Assembly: GCA_016234805.1 (NCBI GenBank)
Contig: JACRNU010000054.1
Location: forward strand, 24,329-88,328
Length of the DNA stretch: 64,000 nucleotides
From: Elusimicrobiota bacterium
GTDB taxonomy: Bacteria > Elusimicrobiota > Elusimicrobia > UBA1565 > UBA9628
Direction: 5' to 3'
Position 1 is the stretch's first letter. Each line of letters begins with the position of its first letter. The translations under genes were made by a program, and so were the position numbers. Under the pieces are notes generated by a model, which was not told where the DNA came from, ran no database searches, and saw nothing but the letters and a program-made list of their open reading frames with translations. Positions 34,701 through 43,931 of this stretch are shown here, piece by piece.

Positions 34701-36154
34701 TTCATCAGCCTCCGGGCTGCGTCGATCACGATGCTGGTCGCGGACCTGCCGATGGAGTTGGTCTCCTCGTAGTGGTGTCCGGGCCTGCGAGGCAGGAGCG
34801 TCAGGCTGTCCTGGACCTTGAAATCGTATTCGGGCACGATGTAGCCGAGCTCGTCATTGGCAAGGTTGACCACGAAGCGGGTCTTGCATGGCAGGAGATC
34901 CTTGAGGTACGGGCCCTTGGGAGCCTTGGACAGGTCCGGCGGGTCAGGATTGGCCGGGTCCAGGAGAGGCTGCCCTCCGCGGAATTCGCCGGCAAAGCCT
35001 CCGATGGCCAGTTCCGGGAAGAGCTCCCCCGGGATGCCGAGCCCGCACGCCGGGCCCAGGGAAAGGAAGCTCACCTCGGTCTCGACCCAGGGCAGTTCGT
35101 CCTTCTTGAGCCTGCGAACAATGTGCCGCGCAGGCAGGGTGTAGGCCTTGGAAGCGGGCAGGGGATCGCCGGCCGCGTCCCGGAGCGTGTGCCCGGAAGC
35201 CAGGGAGCGCAGGGACAGGAGGTAGCGCGAGTTCTCGACCGGCACGCGCACGGTCTCGGCCTTGGAATCCACGGGGAAGCCGGTCATGGGCTTGCAGGCT
35301 TCTGAGGAAAGGGCCTTCATGGCGCGGGCAGCCAGTTCGCCGCCGATGCGAGAAACTTCGCGGAAATCGCGCGGGGCCCGCGTGTCCGGGGTAGCGAGCC
35401 CGCCGATGGAGCCGGGCAGGAACAGGCAGGTCCCTCCTCGCTCCTCATCGAGTTTCGAGCAGAGCGCTCCGGCATAGTCGCCGCTCACGAGCATGTTCGT
35501 CTTGTCGAGGACTTCAGGGTGGCAGGACCAGTTCACGATGGTCGCGACAGGCTTGCCGGCCATGGTCTCCGCGGCCAGGACGGTGAGGTACGGGTCCACC
35601 ACGGCCGGGTCACGCAGGTCCTTGCACAGCCCTTTCGGGTCGAGCTTGGAGGAGGCTGAGCGAAGACGCGCGGGCTTGAGCCTGTCATTGGCGGTGAGGA
35701 CCGCGGCCGCCACCTTCTCCTTGACGCCTTTCATGTATCCGAGGTCCACGCCCGAGACTCCCGGCACCGGGCCCCACATCCCGAGGGTGTCCGGCCCGGA
35801 GTGCGTGTGGCTCGCGGTCACGAAGAGGTAGCGGCCCGGCTTGTCGAAGCGGGTCATCCTGCGCAGGTCGAGCACATCGTTGAGGAACAGGCCGATGAGG
35901 TCCAGGGACACGATCGCCACGGTCTTCCTGCCGTCGGAGAACACCGCGATCCTCGCGTAGAGCCGGTCGTGGATGCCCTGGGCTCTGCGGCCCGTGGCTC
36001 CGTAGCCGGCGAGGAACACGCGGTTCGTGTCGAGCGCCGGAGTGATGTCCACTTTGCTCGCAGAGGCGAAGGAGACCTGTCCTCCCCCTGCCGCGCCGGC
36101 GGACAGCGGCGCGAGGCCAAGGCAGGCTGAAGCGGCGAGAGCAAGGGCCAGCAT
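34697..36154 (-). CDS. Neutral/alkaline ceramidase-family protein (secreted)
   Basis: Signal peptide MLALALAASACLG. N-terminal ceramidase motifs VDITP...GYG...GIHDRLYARIAVFSDG...VSLDLIG...FVTASHTHSGPDT. The start was taken at the ATG at 36154. Confidence 0.6.
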   Translation of the reverse strand: MLALALAASACLGLAPLSAGAAGGGQVSFASASKVDITPALDTNRVFLAGYGATGRRAQGIHDRLYARIAVFSDGRKTVAIVSLDLIGLFLNDVLDLRRMTRFDKPGRYLFVTASHTHSGPDTLGMWGPVPGVSGVDLGYMKGVKEKVAAAVLTANDRLKPARLRSASSKLDPKGLCKDLRDPAVVDPYLTVLAAETMAGKPVATIVNWSCHPEVLDKTNMLVSGDYAGALCSKLDEERGGTCLFLPGSIGGLATPDTRAPRDFREVSRIGGELAARAMKALSSEACKPMTGFPVDSKAETVRVPVENSRYLLSLRSLASGHTLRDAAGDPLPASKAYTLPARHIVRRLKKDELPWVETEVSFLSLGPACGLGIPGELFPELAIGGFAGEFRGGQPLLDPANPDPPDLSKAPKGPYLKDLLPCKTRFVVNLANDELGYIVPEYDFKVQDSLTLLPRRPGHHYEETNSIGRSATSIVIDAARRLMK

Positions 36155-36158
36155 GACG

Positions 36159-36896
36159 CTAGGACGCGCTCCCACGGCGGCATCCCTTCCTGAGAGGACA
36201 CCCCTCGCAGACAGGCTTCTTCCTGCAGTGGCGCTTGGCAAGCTCGACGATGAGGGCGTGGTATTCGGCGTAGAGTTCCGCGGATACGGCCAGGCGCCCG
36301 GTGAAGAACGAGGCTGCCTCGTCATAGGAGGCCCCTTGTCCGAACCAGCCGATCCGGGATCCGATGCGAAGGGTGTAGGCGTCCACCACGAACGAGGGCC
36401 TTCCCCCGGCGTAGAGCAGGATGGAGTCCGCGGTCTCAGGCCCGATGCCGTGGAGGGACCTGAGCTCCTCTCGCAGCAGGGGCAGGGGGCCGGCCAGCCA
36501 GCGGCCGATCCCGGCTTTCGTCAAGGCGTGCTTCGCGAAAGTCTTGAGCTTGATCGCCTTCTGCCTGAAGTAGCCCGAGGACCGGATGAGGTCCTCGAGC
36601 CTGCGGGAAGGCATGCGCACGAGCTTGTCGAGACGCGCGCTGTCCGCCCGGTTCAGGGCTTCGATGGCGCGGGAGGCGTTGGTCCATGCCGTGTTCTGGG
36701 TCAGGAGGGCGCCGAGGCAGACCTCGAGCCGTTGGCGCTCCGTGAGCCTTCCCCGGGACCCGGGCCGGTAGGACGGAGTCGTCCCCCTGCCGCGCGTCAC
36801 AGGCCACCAACCTTGGCGGCCGAAGGAATCCAGGAGCGTTTTGTAGGCCGAGCACGGCGTCCAGGCCGGCCGGGTGGGACTCGCGCGAAAGGCCAC
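36159..36896 (-). CDS. Endonuclease III-related HhH-GPD protein with a C-terminal 4Fe-4S cluster loop
   Basis: Motifs FGRQGWWP...LLTQNTAWTNASRAIEAL...LHGIGPETADSILLYA and C-x6-C-x2-C-x5-C (HCRKKPVCEGCPLRKGC). The start (GTG?) is uncertain. Confidence 0.6.
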   Translation of the reverse strand: MAFRASPTRPAWTPCSAYKTLLDSFGRQGWWPVTRGRGTTPSYRPGSRGRLTERQRLEVCLGALLTQNTAWTNASRAIEALNRADSARLDKLVRMPSRRLEDLIRSSGYFRQKAIKLKTFAKHALTKAGIGRWLAGPLPLLREELRSLHGIGPETADSILLYAGGRPSFVVDAYTLRIGSRIGWFGQGASYDEAASFFTGRLAVSAELYAEYHALIVELAKRHCRKKPVCEGCPLRKGCRRGSAS

Positions 36897-36900
36897 GCCC

Positions 36901-37269
36901 CTATGAGGCAAGCACCTTGTCCAGCTTCTTGTAGAGCTTCTCCTGGTCGAAGGGCTTGGTGAGGTAGTCCGATGCCCCATGCTGGAACGCGGTCTCGATG
37001 TCGCCCATGCGGTCGAGGGCGGTGATCATGAGGATCTTGATGTTCTTGGTGGCCGGGTCGGCCTTGAGGACGCGGCACACGTCGAAGCCCCCCATCCGGG
37101 GCATGAGGATGTCGAGCAGGAGCACGTCCGGACGCTCCTTGCGGCAGACCTCCACGGCCTCGACACCGTCGCCGGCGGAGAAGACCTTGTATCCCCGGGC
37201 GGCCATGAGGGCCTTGATGTTCTCCGCCACGACGAACTCGTCTTCAGCGATGACCACCTTGATGGACAT
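36901..37269 (-). CDS. Single-domain response regulator receiver (CheY-like)
   Basis: Motifs VVIAEDEFVVAE...DVLLLDILMPRMGGFDV...ITALD...KPF. Confidence 0.85.
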   Translation of the reverse strand: MSIKVVIAEDEFVVAENIKALMAARGYKVFSAGDGVEAVEVCRKERPDVLLLDILMPRMGGFDVCRVLKADPATKNIKILMITALDRMGDIETAFQHGASDYLTKPFDQEKLYKKLDKVLAS

Positions 37270-37293
37270 GGCGCTATATTACAATAAAACCCG

Positions 37294-38100
37294 CTAGGAG
37301 GGTCGGAGCGCGGCCACGGCCGGCGGCTTGAGGGTGGTGGGCAGCCGCATGGCCATGCGCGAGACCCCGTCGGCGTCCACGCTGAACCCGAAGTCGCCGC
37401 CCTGGAGCCGGGCCACGAGCTTGAGCATGCCCAGCCCCATGCCGACCGAGCAGAGCTGCTGGTCCTTGCGGCGCTTGGCCGGATAATACAGGTCGAGCGA
37501 GTTCTCCGCGTCTTCAGCCGACATCTTGGCCCCGTGGTAGGTCACCACGGTCTCGACCTCGCCTTGGAGGGCCCGCGCCGTGATGGTGATGTCCCCCGCG
37601 GTGCGGAACTTGCGCGCGTGGAACAGCATGCTCGAGATCGAGCGGAAGAGCCGGTCCGGGTCCGCCATCACCGCCGGGAGTTCCCCGACCTCCGTCTTGA
37701 CCTTGACGTCGGACTCCGCCACCGAGGATCCCACCGCGCGGAGCACGGACTCCACGGCCTCGGCCACGGACGAGGGCTCGACGTAGACCACGAGGTCGCG
37801 CCGCATCACGTGGTGGATGAGGTCGCGCAGCTCTCCCACGATGGAGCCCATGCGGCTCGTCTGAGCCCGCATGAGCTGCATCCACTTGGCTTGGTCCTCG
37901 GGGATGTCGCCGAAGATGCCGCTGAGGAAATTGAGGGCCGTCATGTTCACCGCGGTCAGCGGGGTGTTGATCTCATGCCCCGCGAAAGAGATGAGCCGGC
38001 CGAGCTGGCCGATCTCCCTGCGCCTGAGGTAGAACCCCGCCGCGGCGGCGCCGGCCGCGCCCACGGCCAGTCCCGCGAGGAAGACCGCGGCCCCTCTCAT
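37294..38100 (-). CDS. Small sensor histidine kinase (one TM, HisKA + HATPase_c)
   Basis: H-box FAGHEINTPLTAV and a C-terminal ATP-binding region (GMGLGMLKLVARLQGG). The start was taken at the ATG at 38100 within the longer listed ORF. Confidence 0.7.
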   Translation of the reverse strand: MRGAAVFLAGLAVGAAGAAAAGFYLRRREIGQLGRLISFAGHEINTPLTAVNMTALNFLSGIFGDIPEDQAKWMQLMRAQTSRMGSIVGELRDLIHHVMRRDLVVYVEPSSVAEAVESVLRAVGSSVAESDVKVKTEVGELPAVMADPDRLFRSISSMLFHARKFRTAGDITITARALQGEVETVVTYHGAKMSAEDAENSLDLYYPAKRRKDQQLCSVGMGLGMLKLVARLQGGDFGFSVDADGVSRMAMRLPTTLKPPAVAALRPS

Positions 38101-38621
38101 GGCCGGAACACCACCCTGCTCGCACGCTTCGTCGCGGCCGAGAGGGCCGTATAATCCGCGGCGCTCGCGCGGATCTCCTTGATGGAGTCCTTGTGGAGCT
38201 TCTTGACGACCTTGGCCGGGACGCCCAGCACCAGGCTGCCGGGCGGCACTTTGAGCCCCGCCGGGACCACGGCCCCGGCTCCGATCACGCTGCCGCGGCC
38301 GATGGTCGCTTCCATCACCACCGCGCCCATGCCGATGAGGCAGTCGTCGCCGATGACCGAGCCGTGGATGACCGCGCCGTGGCCGACCGTGATCCGCTTG
38401 CCCAGGATTGCCGGCCTGCCGCGCCTGTTGTGCACGACCGACATGTCCTGGATGTTGGTGTCCGCCCCGACCACGACCTTGTCCACGTCCCCGCGCAGCA
38501 CGCACATGGGCCAGACCGACGCGCCCGGGCCCAGGGAGACCCTTCCGATGACCTCGGCCGAGTCGTGGACAAAGGCTTTCGGGTGGATCTTCGGGCTGTT
38601 GCCGTTGAAGGTGCGTATCAT
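38097..38621 (-). CDS. Gamma-class carbonic anhydrase / hexapeptide-repeat family protein (YrdA/PaaY-like)
   Basis: Left-handed beta-helix hexapeptide repeats with Zn-ligand histidines (VVHNRRG...ITVGHGAVIHGSVIGDDCLIGMGAVV). Confidence 0.85.
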   Translation of the reverse strand: MIRTFNGNSPKIHPKAFVHDSAEVIGRVSLGPGASVWPMCVLRGDVDKVVVGADTNIQDMSVVHNRRGRPAILGKRITVGHGAVIHGSVIGDDCLIGMGAVVMEATIGRGSVIGAGAVVPAGLKVPPGSLVLGVPAKVVKKLHKDSIKEIRASAADYTALSAATKRASRVVFRP

Positions 38622-38693
38622 GTATCCTTGGGATTATAGCATGACCGAGCTTAAGCGAGGAAATGGTAGCGTCAATGGCCGTAGGAGGCAACC

Positions 38694-40316
38694 ATGAACA
38701 AGGATTGCGATTTCCTCGTGCTTGGAAGCGGCATCGCGGGCCTCATGGCCGCGCACAAGCTCTCCACCCTGGGCCGGGTCGTGATCGCCACCAAGAAAGA
38801 CGCCGCCGAGTCCAACACCAACTACGCCCAGGGCGGCATCGCCTCCGTGACCGCGGCGACCGACAGCGTGGAGCGGCACGCGGCCGACACCATGGCCGCG
38901 GGAGCCGGGCTCTGCGACGAGAGGATCGTCCGCCAGGTGGTCACCGAGGGGCCTGAGCGCATCAAGGAGCTCATCAGCCTCGGGGTCAAGTTCAGCCACG
39001 CCAAGGCCGCTGCCAAGGCGCGCGGCTCGCGGCGGGGTCCGCGTCCCGCGGACCGCTCAGGCACGGCCCTGGACCTGGGCCTCGAAGCCGGCCACTCCCA
39101 CCGCCGGGTCCTCCACGCGGGCGACATCACCGGCCGCGAGATGGAGCGGGCCCTGCTCCAGCGCTGCCGCGAGAACCCCCGCATCCGCATCCTCGAGGAT
39201 TCCCTCGCCGTCGACCTCATCTGCCGTCCCGACTGCCAGGGCGCTTACATCATGGACGTCCGGAGCAGGAAGATCCACTCCTGGAGCGCCAAGGCCGTGG
39301 TCCTGGCCACGGGCGGGGCCGGCAAGGTCTACCTCTACACCTCCAATCCCGACATCGCCTCCGGCGACGGCATGGCCATGGCCTACCGCGCCGGAGCCGC
39401 CATGGCCAACATGGAGTTCGTCCAGTTCCACCCCACCTGCCTCTACCACCCGCAGGCCAAGTCCTTCCTCCTCTCCGAGGCCCTGCGCGGGGAGGGAGGC
39501 AGGCTCGTGCGCAAGGACGGCGCGGCCTTCATGGCAAAGTACACGCCCATGAAGGAGCTCGCGCCCCGCGACATCGTGGCCCGGGCCATCGACTCGGAGC
39601 TCAAGCGCACCGGCGACGACTGCGTCTACCTCGACATGACGCACCAGTCCCGCGGCTTCCTGCAAGGCCGCTTTCCCAACATCTACGAGAAGCTCATGAG
39701 CTTCGGCATCGACATGGCGGTCGAGCCCATCCCGGCCGTGCCCGCGGCCCACTACTTCTGCGGCGGGGTCAAGACCGACGCCTGGGGCTCGACCACCATC
39801 CCCGGCCTCTATGCCTCGGGCGAGGTGGCCTGCACCGGCCTGCACGGCGCCAACCGCCTGGCTTCCAACTCCTTGCTCGAAGGCTGCGTGTTCAGCCACC
39901 GCATCTTCCTCAAGCTCAGCGAGCTCTGGCCCACGCTCAAGCGCTCGCGCCCGGCCCCTCCGCGCGACTGGAACCCAGGCAAGGCCGTGCCCATCGACGA
40001 GGCCGTGGTCATCACCCAGAACTGGGACGAGATCCGCCGCCTCATGTGGAACTACGTGGCCATCGTGCGCTCCGACCGCAGGCTCGAGCGAGCGCTCCAC
40101 CGCATGTGGCTCTTGAACGCGGAGATCGACCAGTACTACTGGAACTACATCCTCACTCCGGACCTCGTGGAGCTCCGCAACCTCGCCGTGGTCGCGACCC
40201 TAGTCATCAGCTCGGCGCGCAAGCGCAAGGAGAGCCGCGGCCTGCACTACAACCTCGACCACCCCAAGCTTCGGGCCCGCGAGCTCCACGACACCGTCAT
40301 CCAGAGGAAGAAGTAG
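38694..40316 (+). CDS. nadB: L-aspartate oxidase
   Basis: FAD-binding motif DFLVLGSGIAGL, AQGGIA and RVLHAGDITGRE, plus the succinate dehydrogenase / fumarate reductase flavoprotein fold. Confidence 0.9.
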   Translation: MNKDCDFLVLGSGIAGLMAAHKLSTLGRVVIATKKDAAESNTNYAQGGIASVTAATDSVERHAADTMAAGAGLCDERIVRQVVTEGPERIKELISLGVKFSHAKAAAKARGSRRGPRPADRSGTALDLGLEAGHSHRRVLHAGDITGREMERALLQRCRENPRIRILEDSLAVDLICRPDCQGAYIMDVRSRKIHSWSAKAVVLATGGAGKVYLYTSNPDIASGDGMAMAYRAGAAMANMEFVQFHPTCLYHPQAKSFLLSEALRGEGGRLVRKDGAAFMAKYTPMKELAPRDIVARAIDSELKRTGDDCVYLDMTHQSRGFLQGRFPNIYEKLMSFGIDMAVEPIPAVPAAHYFCGGVKTDAWGSTTIPGLYASGEVACTGLHGANRLASNSLLEGCVFSHRIFLKLSELWPTLKRSRPAPPRDWNPGKAVPIDEAVVITQNWDEIRRLMWNYVAIVRSDRRLERALHRMWLLNAEIDQYYWNYILTPDLVELRNLAVVATLVISSARKRKESRGLHYNLDHPKLRARELHDTVIQRKK

Positions 40317-40347
40317 GCCTGGAGGCGGCCGGTGGAGCCGTCGCGCG

Positions 40348-41151
40348 TCAGGCCGTCTTCCAGACCTCGTCGAGCGATTCGCGGAAGACGGCGTCCAGCG
40401 TCTCCCAATCCACGGGATGCCGGGCGGCCTTGGGAGGCATTTCATTGTTCAGCCGGGAGATCTCCCGCTCCACGAACCCATTGATATCCGGTATTCTGGG
40501 ACCGTCAGCGAGCTCTTCTCCCGCTCGCTTGCGGCGGAGGAGATCGGACACGATGGGTCGGAGCCGCTCGGGCAGCCGGTCGTCCACGAGTTTGGCGAAC
40601 TCCATCGGCGGCATGGACCGGTGCGCTTCGATCCAGCGGCACGCCAGGATCGGACGGAGCACATAGAAGTACTTCTTGGTGCGGACGCGCGGGCCCTGGA
40701 GATACTCGCGGAAGTTGCCCTGCGCCATGTGAAGATAGTGGTGGAGGCACGACCGGGAGGAAAAGAACGCCGCTGACATGCGGCGCAAGCTCGCCATCGT
40801 CGAATACGCCTCCCGATAGACCATCGGAGAACGGAGCCACTCGAAGAGCGGCGGATTCGATTTGGCGAAGAGCCCGAGAGCCTTCCGCAGGTCCCAACCG
40901 CTGACATCGAGAGATTCGGAAAGCGGGAATTCGAGGACATCCCTTCTCCGCTGGATCGACAGATACCATTCGGGCCGCCTCAAGTAGATGAAGCGGACGT
41001 CCCAATCGGAATCGGTCGAGGCGAAGCCCCATGCCCTGCTGCCCGATTCGACCGCGAGCAGGACTTTGACCCCTTCGTTCCTTTCAATCCGCCCGAGCGC
41101 GGCGCGGATGGTATTTTTCATGGCGTCTCTGTGCCCTTCCATCCGTATCAT
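40348..41151 (-). CDS. Pol-beta-superfamily nucleotidyltransferase (PF10127/RlaP-like 'predicted nucleotidyltransferase')
   Basis: GS...D.D core LLAVESGSRAWGFASTDSDWDVRFIY with a C-terminal helical domain. The start was taken at the ATG at 41151, a 4-nt overlap with the upstream gene. Confidence 0.55.
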   Translation of the reverse strand: MIRMEGHRDAMKNTIRAALGRIERNEGVKVLLAVESGSRAWGFASTDSDWDVRFIYLRRPEWYLSIQRRRDVLEFPLSESLDVSGWDLRKALGLFAKSNPPLFEWLRSPMVYREAYSTMASLRRMSAAFFSSRSCLHHYLHMAQGNFREYLQGPRVRTKKYFYVLRPILACRWIEAHRSMPPMEFAKLVDDRLPERLRPIVSDLLRRKRAGEELADGPRIPDINGFVEREISRLNNEMPPKAARHPVDWETLDAVFRESLDEVWKTA

Positions 41152-42326
41152 GATGCGTTGCCGCCGATCCCTCCGGCGCTCGATCGCGGATAACCCCGCT
41201 CGATTTCCGCGAATATCTGCCAATCCCTTGCAATAAACGGCTGAATGGTTCGGCCTGTCATTTCCCCCATAGCCTGAATCAGCGAGAGATCGTCCGGGTT
41301 GGCCATGGCTATTGCAAGGATGCCCTCGTCCAGGAAGAGAGGCACCACGGCGTGTTCTTTGGCAAAGGACCGCGGGATGAGTTTCTCTAGACCCTGCGCA
41401 TGTTCCATTTTTAGAATCTTGTTCTCGAATGAGGCATAGGGAATCCCCATCTGTCGCGAGATGGCTGTCACCATCGTCTCGTCATCGGTGCCGCCCACTC
41501 TACGCAGAAGATCCATGAAATCGTGGAAATCGATGCTCATGTCCACCCGTAATGCCTCGGCGATTCCCGCAGTGAGATCATATGCCGGCAGACGGCGAAC
41601 CTGGTTGGTGTGTTGGGGGAGGACCTGACGCAAGGCTTCTGTTCCAGCCTTCCATGGCTCGTCAGCCCGTTGCTTGTGATTGAACACGGTGCTGAACGAG
41701 CTGGGCAATCGGGATTGAACGAATTCCCGCGCAAGCGCGTTCAGGGCTGGGATGTTCCGTTCAGCGATATTGTCCTCGTGGGGATCGACAACCCAAAAGC
41801 CATGTTCGATCTCCATCAGGAGGGATCGGCCGAAATGGCTGGATGGCCGGTGGATATCCCCGATTTCTGGTCCGAAGTCCAGGACCACATTGTAATGGCT
41901 CTTTAGGTCGTCCAGCAAACCCTTCAAGAATTCGGGCGATAAAGCCTTAAGGGCGGACTCATTCTTCCCCAGCGGGAGGATGCCAAGTCCTGTGGTTGAG
42001 AACGGAACAGATGTAGTTGTCGCTTGGAGGTCCAGCACGCTTTGGGTACCGGCAATTCCAAGCTGTCCTTGGAATCGATTCGCGCTCTCGAAATCGAGTG
42101 TGAGCAGCACGGTCTTGCATCTGGACCAATCTGCCCACGCCAACGCGACATGGAATGCCAGAGTTGAAACTCCGACTCCCGGAACACCGGCGAAACCCAC
42201 CGCCTTCTTCGTGGCGATGGGGGTTGGACTGCTCCCGCCCGCCATGTCGGTCCCCACTCGTGTTGGCGGCCAACGGGGCGGTCTGTCTCGGGAGGCTTTG
42301 GGTTTCTTGTCTGGGTCGGATGTCAT
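41148..42326 (-). CDS. Fusion protein: degenerate ParA/MinD-like P-loop domain (Walker A Lys replaced by Val: GVPGVGVST) + GspE-N1 / MshEN-like domain
   Basis: The C-terminal 95 aa (ISRQMGIPYASFENKILKMEHAQGLEKLIPRSFAKEHAVVPLFLDEG...) is ~50% identical to residues ~50-145 of the GspE encoded at 59835-61583. The N-terminal half has a MinD/ParA-like layout with an inactivated P-loop. Local GC (~52%) is lower than the window average. Confidence 0.5.
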   Translation of the reverse strand: MTSDPDKKPKASRDRPPRWPPTRVGTDMAGGSSPTPIATKKAVGFAGVPGVGVSTLAFHVALAWADWSRCKTVLLTLDFESANRFQGQLGIAGTQSVLDLQATTTSVPFSTTGLGILPLGKNESALKALSPEFLKGLLDDLKSHYNVVLDFGPEIGDIHRPSSHFGRSLLMEIEHGFWVVDPHEDNIAERNIPALNALAREFVQSRLPSSFSTVFNHKQRADEPWKAGTEALRQVLPQHTNQVRRLPAYDLTAGIAEALRVDMSIDFHDFMDLLRRVGGTDDETMVTAISRQMGIPYASFENKILKMEHAQGLEKLIPRSFAKEHAVVPLFLDEGILAIAMANPDDLSLIQAMGEMTGRTIQPFIARDWQIFAEIERGYPRSSAGGIGGNAS

Positions 42327-42473
42327 CCTATTGTAGTCACGCCGACATTGGACTGCCTCCTAATGAGTAGATAGGCCAGTATAACACGGCTGACGAGAAT
42401 CGCTCAACAGATAAGCGCCCTGAAGGCCGTCGAAATCGGCAAGGGTGGTGCGTGTGGGTGGCATGCGGCGGGC

Positions 42474-42881
42474 CTATCGTCGTGCCTTGGATCTCCGATT
42501 GCCGCGGGAGGAGAGGGTTCCATAGCGACGACGGCGATCCGCCACGGCGGACTCTGTCCAGTGATAAGCGTGTCCTTTCCCGTTGATCGGGAAGAAGCCG
42601 ATCCTCAGGCCGTAGACGTTGAGGATCGCGTCCAGGGTGTTGAATTCGGGGTTGCCTCTTGAGGAAAGGGTCTTGTATAGGGTAGTCCTGCTCAAGCGGG
42701 TCTTCTTGGCCAGGGCGCCGACGCCGCCTTGGGCCTCCACGACATCGCGCAGGGCCTCCAGGAGGAAATCGAGTTCGTTGTCTTCGGCGATTGCGTTGAG
42801 GTAGGCAGCGGCCTCTATTGGATCGGCAAGATACTTCTTGAGGAACTCTTCATGCGGCCTAGTCGTGATGATGGGTTTCAT
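42474..42881 (-). CDS. Addiction-module antidote protein (HigA-like, TIGR02684-type HTH antitoxin)
   Basis: ...TRPHEEFLKKYLADPIEAAAYLNAIAEDNELDFLLEALRDVVEAQGG...LSRTTLYKTLSSRGNPEFNTLDAILNVYGL. It sits downstream of and overlaps the toxin gene. Confidence 0.7.
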   Translation of the reverse strand: MKPIITTRPHEEFLKKYLADPIEAAAYLNAIAEDNELDFLLEALRDVVEAQGGVGALAKKTRLSRTTLYKTLSSRGNPEFNTLDAILNVYGLRIGFFPINGKGHAYHWTESAVADRRRRYGTLSSRGNRRSKARR

Positions 42882-43222
42882 GGAAGCCTCCTGTGCTGTA
42901 GCCACATCTGGTGGGCTCTATGGATGTCCTTTGTCTGGGTATCCTTGGGGCCAGCGCAGAGCAGCAGCACGATGACTGGCCCGTCCTCGCCGTAGTAGAC
43001 ACGGTAGCCTGGGCCGGTATGGATGCGCAGTTCCCAGACTCCGCACCCCACGGAACGATGGTCTCCAAATTGGCCTTTGCGTACCCGGGCAATGCGCTTG
43101 AGGATCGCGATGCGACCGGACATGTCGCGAAGGCCGAATAGCCAGTCCTCAAAGATGTTCTTTCCATTGGCGAGATAGTGCTGAATCTGTCGTCTTCGGG
43201 GTTCCAAGTCTTCCTCCTTCAA
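42878..43222 (-). CDS. Addiction-module killer protein (RelE/HigB-like, TIGR02683-type)
   Basis: ...FEDWLFGLRD...GNFGDHRSVGCGVWELRIHTGPGYRVYYGEDGPVIVLLLCAGPKDTQTKDI. It is toxin-first, the HigBA-type arrangement. Confidence 0.7.
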   Translation of the reverse strand: MKEEDLEPRRRQIQHYLANGKNIFEDWLFGLRDMSGRIAILKRIARVRKGQFGDHRSVGCGVWELRIHTGPGYRVYYGEDGPVIVLLLCAGPKDTQTKDIHRAHQMWLQHRRLP

Positions 43223-43339
43223 GTGTAGTCTATAAAAGACAATCGGTCAAGGGCCCGGATCTCGACCTCACCCAGTGTTCGGGCGGGCGGATTGATCCCT
43301 GGGCCAGTGGAGCACCCAAGGCCGTTCATCGGCCGGCAA

Positions 43340-43440
43340 GAATTGCGTTTCCATTCATTTCGCTGTTTCCGGGATCGCGGAAATGGCGTTTCTATGAATT
43401 TCTCTTTCAGCGCTGGAAGAGAACTGCAGGGAAACGCAAT
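43340..43440. promoter_or_regulatory. Cluster of GCGTTTCC / GGAAACGC inverted and direct repeats upstream of the toxin-antitoxin operon
   Basis: AATTGCGTTTCC...CTGTTTCCGGG...CGGAAATGGCGTTTC...GGGAAACGCAAT within about 100 bp. This is a candidate operator array. Confidence 0.4.
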
Positions 43441-43802
43441 CATGCATCCGTGAGGGCGGCCGCGATACTCCGCTTCGTATCGAGCCAATCGTTGTCGAGC
43501 TGGGCTTGGCGCCGGTCAAGTTCGTAGAGCGCGCCTGCCGGCAGAGCCACGAGACGGCACCCGAGAGCTGCGTATAGACTTTTGAGCGTGCTGAGCCGGA
43601 TGTCCGAACCCTTCTCGGCCCGGCCGACCAACGAGGCGGAGACCCCTGCCTGGGCCGCGAGCTGCTTTCGATTCAAGCCGAAGCGGATGCGCAGCCGGCG
43701 CAGACATTCACCGACGTCCCACGACGCGAAGTCAACGGGAGCCGACTCCCCATGCGCGAGAGCATCGCGCACCGGATCGGAGACGTCCCGAAGTTCCCCC
43801 AT
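43440..43802 (-). CDS. XRE-family helix-turn-helix transcriptional regulator, divergent from uvrA
   Basis: HTH_XRE signature [48 protein letters not shown]. The start was chosen at MGELRD; the listed ORF extends further upstream. Confidence 0.55.
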   Translation of the reverse strand: MGELRDVSDPVRDALAHGESAPVDFASWDVGECLRRLRIRFGLNRKQLAAQAGVSASLVGRAEKGSDIRLSTLKSLYAALGCRLVALPAGALYELDRRQAQLDNDWLDTKRSIAAALTDA

Positions 43803-43931
43803 ACAGAGTATACGACTGACCCCGGCAAAAAGTTCCCTTGGGGGCTTGAATCTCTGAAGGGAAATCGGAATCTCAATGGAATGGAGCTCGCGTTCGCGGA
43901 TAGGGGCCGAAAGGCCGGGCAGGAAGGCAAA

